From Escherichia coli (GTDB taxonomy: Bacteria > Pseudomonadota > Gammaproteobacteria > Enterobacterales > Enterobacteriaceae), in assembly GCF_045037415.1 (NCBI RefSeq), contig NZ_CP173438.1: a stretch of 64,000 bases of DNA. One strand, given 5' to 3'. The notes beneath the pieces were generated by a model. It did not search any database. It saw only the letters and a program-made list of their open reading frames with translations, and was not told the origin of the DNA. Position numbers and translations under genes: made by a program. Positions 58,581 through 64,000 of this stretch are shown piece by piece; within the stretch, counting starts at the first letter, position 1; every line of letters starts with the position of its first letter.

Positions 58581-60875
58581 ATGAAGGTAGATATTGATAC
58601 CAGCGATAAGCTGTACGCCGACGCATGGCTTGGCTTTAAAGGTACGGACTGGAAAAACGAAATTAATGTCCGCGATTTTATTCAACATAACTATACACCT
58701 TATGAAGGCGATGAATCTTTTCTCGCCGAAGCGACGCCTGCCACCACGGAATTGTGGGAAAAAGTCATGGAAGGCATCCGTATCGAAAATGCGACTCACG
58801 CGCCATTGGATTTCGATACCAATATTGCCACCACAATTACCGCTCATGACGCGGGATATATTAACCAGCCGCTGGAAAAAATAGTGGGTCTGCAAACGGA
58901 TGCGCCATTAAAGCGTGCGCTGCATCCGTTCGGCGGCATTAATATGATTAGAAGTTCATTCCACGCGTATGGTCGTGAAATGGATAGCGAATTTGAATAC
59001 ATCTTTACCGATCTGCGTAAAACCCATAATCAGGGCGTATTTGATACTTACTCACCGGATATGCTGCGCTGCCGTAAATCTGGTGTACTGACCGGTTTAC
59101 CAGATGGTTATGGTCGTGGGCGTATCATCGGTGACTATCGCCGTGTGGCACTGTACGGCATCAGTTATCTGGTACGTGAACGCGAACTGCAGTTTGCCGA
59201 TCTCCAGTCCCGTCTGGAAAAAGGCGAAGATCTCGAAGCCACCATTCGTCTGCGTGAGGAACTGGCAGAACATCGCCGTGCGCTGTTACAGATTCAGGAA
59301 ATGGCGGCGAAATATGGCTTTGATATCTCTCGTCCAGCGCAGAATGCACAAGAAGCCGTGCAGTGGCTCTACTTCGCTTACCTGGCGGCAGTGAAATCGC
59401 AAAATGGCGGCGCGATGTCGCTGGGGCGCACGGCATCGTTCCTCGATATCTACATTGAGCGCGACTTTAAAGCAGGCGTACTCAATGAGCAGCAGGCACA
59501 GGAACTGATCGACCACTTCATCATGAAGATCCGTATGGTGCGCTTCTTGCGTACGCCGGAATTTGATTCGCTGTTCTCCGGCGACCCGATCTGGGCGACG
59601 GAAGTGATCGGCGGGATGGGGTTGGACGGTCGAACCCTGGTGACCAAAAACTCCTTCCGCTATTTACACACCCTGCACACTATGGGGCCTGCACCGGAAC
59701 CTAACCTGACTATTCTGTGGTCGGAAGCCTTGCCGATTGCCTTCAAAAAATATGCCGCGCAGGTGTCTATCGTCACATCCTCTTTGCAGTATGAAAACGA
59801 CGATCTGATGCGTACTGACTTCAATAGCGACGATTACGCGATTGCCTGTTGCGTCAGCCCAATGGTGATTGGTAAGCAGATGCAGTTCTTCGGTGCGCGC
59901 GCTAACCTGGCGAAAACGCTACTGTACGCAATCAACGGCGGAATGGACGAGAAGCTGAAGATTCAGGTTGGCCCGAAAACGGCTCCGTTGATGGATGACG
60001 TGCTGGACTACGACAAAGTGATGGATAGCCTCGACCACTTCATGGACTGGCTGGCGGTACAGTACATCAGCGCGCTGAATATCATTCACTACATGCACGA
60101 CAAGTACAGCTACGAAGCTTCGCTGATGGCGCTACATGATCGTGATGTCTATCGCACCATGGCGTGCGGCATCGCGGGCCTGTCGGTGGCAACGGACTCC
60201 CTGTCTGCCATCAAATATGCTCGTGTGAAACCAATCCGTGATGAAAACGGCCTGGCGGTGGATTTCGAGATTGACGGCGAATATCCGCAGTATGGCAACA
60301 ACGACGAGCGCGTAGACAGCATTGCCTGCGATCTGGTTGAACGCTTTATGAAGAAAATTAAAGCTTTGCCAACCTATCGCAATGCTGTGCCGACCCAATC
60401 GATTCTGACTATCACCTCTAACGTGGTGTACGGTCAGAAAACCGGGAACACGCCGGACGGTCGCCGCGCCGGAACACCGTTCGCGCCGGGCGCTAACCCG
60501 ATGCACGGTCGTGATCGCAAAGGTGCCGTGGCCTCATTGACGTCGGTGGCGAAACTGCCGTTCACCTACGCCAAAGATGGGATCTCGTACACCTTCTCCA
60601 TCGTCCCTGCGGCGCTGGGCAAAGAAGATCCAGTACGTAAAACCAACCTTGTCGGCCTGCTGGATGGGTATTTCCACCACGAAGCGGATGTCGAAGGCGG
60701 TCAACACCTCAACGTCAACGTAATGAATCGGGAAATGCTGCTGGATGCCATCGAGCACCCGGAAAAATATCCTAACCTGACAATCCGTGTCTCTGGCTAC
60801 GCCGTGCGCTTCAACGCACTGACCCGTGAACAGCAACAGGATGTTATTTCACGTACCTTTACCCAGGCGCTCTGA
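58581..60875 (+). CDS. tdcE: 2-ketobutyrate formate-lyase / pyruvate formate-lyase 4 (glycyl radical enzyme)
   Basis: 764 aa [62 protein letters not shown]...; C-terminal glycyl radical motif RVSGYAV. Confidence 0.95.
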   Translation: MKVDIDTSDKLYADAWLGFKGTDWKNEINVRDFIQHNYTPYEGDESFLAEATPATTELWEKVMEGIRIENATHAPLDFDTNIATTITAHDAGYINQPLEKIVGLQTDAPLKRALHPFGGINMIRSSFHAYGREMDSEFEYIFTDLRKTHNQGVFDTYSPDMLRCRKSGVLTGLPDGYGRGRIIGDYRRVALYGISYLVRERELQFADLQSRLEKGEDLEATIRLREELAEHRRALLQIQEMAAKYGFDISRPAQNAQEAVQWLYFAYLAAVKSQNGGAMSLGRTASFLDIYIERDFKAGVLNEQQAQELIDHFIMKIRMVRFLRTPEFDSLFSGDPIWATEVIGGMGLDGRTLVTKNSFRYLHTLHTMGPAPEPNLTILWSEALPIAFKKYAAQVSIVTSSLQYENDDLMRTDFNSDDYAIACCVSPMVIGKQMQFFGARANLAKTLLYAINGGMDEKLKIQVGPKTAPLMDDVLDYDKVMDSLDHFMDWLAVQYISALNIIHYMHDKYSYEASLMALHDRDVYRTMACGIAGLSVATDSLSAIKYARVKPIRDENGLAVDFEIDGEYPQYGNNDERVDSIACDLVERFMKKIKALPTYRNAVPTQSILTITSNVVYGQKTGNTPDGRRAGTPFAPGANPMHGRDRKGAVASLTSVAKLPFTYAKDGISYTFSIVPAALGKEDPVRKTNLVGLLDGYFHHEADVEGGQHLNVNVMNREMLLDAIEHPEKYPNLTIRVSGYAVRFNALTREQQQDVISRTFTQAL

Positions 60876-60888
60876 CGCCGGAGGATGT

Positions 60889-61278
60889 ATGAAAAAGATT
60901 ATCGAAACGCAACGTGCCCCAGGCGCAATCGGCCCTTATGTTCAGGGCGTTGATTTAGGCAGCATGGTCTTCACCTCCGGGCAAATTCCGGTTTGCCCAC
61001 AGACCGGTGAGATCCCGGCTGATGTGCAAGATCAGGCGCGTTTAAGCCTCGAAAACGTCAAAGCGATCGTGGTTGCTGCCGGGCTGAGTGTGGGCGATAT
61101 CATCAAGATGACCGTGTTCATCACCGATCTGAATGATTTTGCCACCATCAATGAAGTCTATAAGCAGTTCTTCGATGAACATCAGGCGACCTACCCGACC
61201 CGGAGCTGTGTGCAGGTCGCGCGTTTGCCGAAAGATGTGAAGCTGGAAATTGAAGCCATCGCAGTACGTAGTGCGTAA
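60889..61278 (+). CDS. tdcF: RidA/YjgF-family enamine/imine deaminase TdcF
   Basis: ORF 60826..61278; ATG at 60889 gives 129 aa MKKIIETQRAPGAIGPYVQGVDLGSMVFTSGQIPV... Confidence 0.93.
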   Translation: MKKIIETQRAPGAIGPYVQGVDLGSMVFTSGQIPVCPQTGEIPADVQDQARLSLENVKAIVVAAGLSVGDIIKMTVFITDLNDFATINEVYKQFFDEHQATYPTRSCVQVARLPKDVKLEIEAIAVRSA

Positions 61279-61349
61279 AGCCTCGTGAGCGGGACGGTCG
61301 CAAGGTCGTTCCGCTCCACTTCACTGAACGGCAATCCGAGGGTGTGGAT

Positions 61350-62714
61350 ATGATTAGTGCATTCGATATTTTCAAAATTGGGATTGGTCCCTCCAGTTCG
61401 CATACTGTGGGGCCAATGAATGCCGGAAAAAGTTTTATTGATCGGCTGGAAAGTAGCGGCTTATTAACCGCGACGAGCCATATTGTGGTCGATCTGTACG
61501 GGTCGTTGTCACTGACGGGCAAAGGCCATGCCACGGATGTCGCCATCATCATGGGACTGGCAGGAAACAGTCCGCAGGATGTTGTCATTGATGAGATCCC
61601 TGCATTTATAGAGTTAGTGACGCGCAGCGGGCGGTTGCCGGTGGCTTCTGGCGCGCATATTGTTGATTTTCCTGTAGCAAAGAACATTATCTTCCATCCC
61701 GAAATGTTGCCTCGCCATGAGAACGGAATGCGGATCACTGCCTGGAAGGGACAGGAAGAGCTATTAAGCAAAACCTATTACTCTGTCGGCGGCGGGTTTA
61801 TTGTCGAAGAAGAACACTTCGGCCTGTCGCACGATGTCGAAACACCCGTACCTTACGATTTCCACTCAGCAGGTGAACTGCTGAAAATGTGTGATTACAA
61901 CGGCCTGTCTATATCTGGCCTGATGATGCACAACGAGCTGGCGCTGCGCAGTAAAGCGGAAATTGACGCAGGGTTTGCCCGTATCTGGCAAGTGATGCAT
62001 GACGGTATTGAACGTGGAATGAATACTGAAGGCGTGCTGCCTGGTCCGCTCAATGTGCCGCGCCGTGCCGTAGCGCTGCGTCGTCAACTGGTTTCCAGCG
62101 ATAACATCTCTAACGATCCGATGAATGTCATCGACTGGATCAACATGTACGCGCTGGCGGTTAGTGAAGAAAACGCAGCTGGCGGGCGCGTGGTAACGGC
62201 ACCGACTAACGGTGCGTGCGGCATTATTCCGGCAGTGCTGGCTTATTACGATAAGTTCCGTCGTCCGGTAAACGAGCGGTCAATTGCCCGCTATTTTCTG
62301 GCAGCGGGGGCAATTGGCGCGCTGTATAAAATGAACGCCTCCATCTCTGGCGCGGAAGTCGGCTGTCAGGGGGAGATTGGCGTGGCCTGTTCAATGGCAG
62401 CGGCAGGGTTAACTGAACTACTGGGTGGCAGTCCGGCGCAGGTATGCAATGCGGCGGAAATCGCGATGGAGCATAACCTTGGGCTGACCTGCGATCCGGT
62501 TGCCGGACAGGTACAAATCCCGTGCATTGAACGTAATGCCATTAATGCCGTGAAAGCAGTAAACGCCGCGCGGATGGCGATGCGCCGCACCTCGGCACCG
62601 CGTGTTTCACTCGATAAAGTGATCGAGACGATGTATGAAACCGGCAAAGATATGAACGATAAATACCGCGAAACATCACGCGGAGGACTGGCTATTAAAG
62701 TGGTCTGCGGCTGA
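61350..62714 (+). CDS. tdcG: L-serine dehydratase (Fe-S, TdcG/SdaA family)
   Basis: ORF 61344..62714 (GTG); ATG at 61350 gives 454 aa [33 protein letters not shown]... Confidence 0.93.
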   Translation: MISAFDIFKIGIGPSSSHTVGPMNAGKSFIDRLESSGLLTATSHIVVDLYGSLSLTGKGHATDVAIIMGLAGNSPQDVVIDEIPAFIELVTRSGRLPVASGAHIVDFPVAKNIIFHPEMLPRHENGMRITAWKGQEELLSKTYYSVGGGFIVEEEHFGLSHDVETPVPYDFHSAGELLKMCDYNGLSISGLMMHNELALRSKAEIDAGFARIWQVMHDGIERGMNTEGVLPGPLNVPRRAVALRRQLVSSDNISNDPMNVIDWINMYALAVSEENAAGGRVVTAPTNGACGIIPAVLAYYDKFRRPVNERSIARYFLAAGAIGALYKMNASISGAEVGCQGEIGVACSMAAAGLTELLGGSPAQVCNAAEIAMEHNLGLTCDPVAGQVQIPCIERNAINAVKAVNAARMAMRRTSAPRVSLDKVIETMYETGKDMNDKYRETSRGGLAIKVVCG

Positions 62715-62737
62715 CATTGCTGTCAGCTATCATCCTT

Positions 62738-62766
62738 GGGTGCACAAAATGTGCACCCTTTTTTAT
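62738..62766 (+). terminator. Rho-independent terminator after tdcG
   Basis: GGGTGCACAAAATGTGCACCCTTTTTTATT. Confidence 0.75.
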
Positions 62767-62991
62767 TGTGATCTGCCGCAAATAGAGAATAATTATTTCT
62801 ATTAACTCAATTTAATAGAAAATTATTACCCACAATTGCTATTTAAAAGTCTTGATTGTGAAGATTTTCTCTGATCTCACGCGTATCATTTCTTTATTCT
62901 AATAACTCGCCTGCAAAAACGTAGACCGCATATCGCCTTGATGCGGCTCGGAAAAAAATAATAAGCCCTACAAAATATTGAGCGAGAAATT

Positions 62992-63447
62992 ATGGAAATT
63001 GCATCGAATAAAGGCGTCATTGCAGACGCTTCGACCCCGGCGGGTCGTGCTGGAATGAGTGAGAGCGAGTGGCGAGAAGCGATCAAATTCGACAGTACTG
63101 ACACTGGCTGGGTGATTATGAGTATCGGGATGGCGATTGGCGCGGGGATTGTTTTTCTCCCGGTGCAGGTCGGTTTGATGGGATTGTGGGTATTTTTGCT
63201 CTCATCGGTGATTGGTTACCCGGCAATGTATCTGTTTCAGCGGTTGTTTATTAATACGCTGGCAGAATCACCAGAATGTAAAGATTACCCGAGCGTCATC
63301 AGCGGTTATTTAGGTAAAAACTGGGGCATCCTGTTAGGTGCACTCTATTTCGTAATGCTGGTGATTTGGATGTTCGTCTATTCCACCGCCATCACCAACG
63401 ATAGTGCTTCCTACCTGCATACCTTCGGCGTGACGGAAGGGTTGCTG

Positions 63448-63450
<3 letters not shown>
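62992..63450 (+). pseudogene. yhaO: yhaO (cyuP) serine/cysteine transporter gene, truncated after about 151 codons by IS insertion
   Basis: ORF MEIASNKGVIADASTPAGRAGMSESEWREAIKFDSTDTGWVIMSIGMAIGAGIVFLPVQ... is the N-terminus of a HAAAP-family transporter expected to be about 440 aa (paralog of tdcC); stop codon TGA at 63448 is supplied by the IS terminus. Confidence 0.85.

Positions 63451-64000
<550 letters not shown>

Overview
This window is an enterobacterial (Escherichia coli-type) core-chromosome segment, in inverted orientation relative to the usual K-12 map. All gene calls rest on reading the supplied ORF translations and recognising the proteins from memory; no database search was run. 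Gene order runs ftsH(partial)-folP-glmM-secG-leuU(tRNA-Leu)-yhbX-argG-metY(tRNA-fMet)-rimP-nusA-infB-rbfA-truB-rpsO-pnp-nlpI-deaD-mtr-yhbW-ubiV-ubiU-ubiT-yhbS-yhbQ-yhbP-yhbO-yraR-yraQ-dolP-diaA-yraN-lpoA-rsmI-agaIDCB-kbaY-agaS-agaAFEWV-kbaZ-agaR-yhaV/prlF-garD-garPLRK-rnpB-tdcABCDEFG-yhaO'. The window ends inside an IS3-family insertion sequence that truncates yhaO (cyuP). I found no convincing evidence for a novel or undescribed system: every ORF over about 100 codons is accounted for by a well-known gene, and the long antisense ORFs are artefacts. The points worth a second look are strain-level differences from K-12 as I recall it: (1) the IS insertion in yhaO; (2) an intact agaVWEFA block; (3) no yraHIJK fimbrial operon between rsmI and agaI; (4) no yhaB/yhaC between rnpB and tdcA; (5) a G46-type initiator tRNA at metY. 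Regulatory motifs, terminators and REP elements are reported with coordinates approximate to a few nucleotides.
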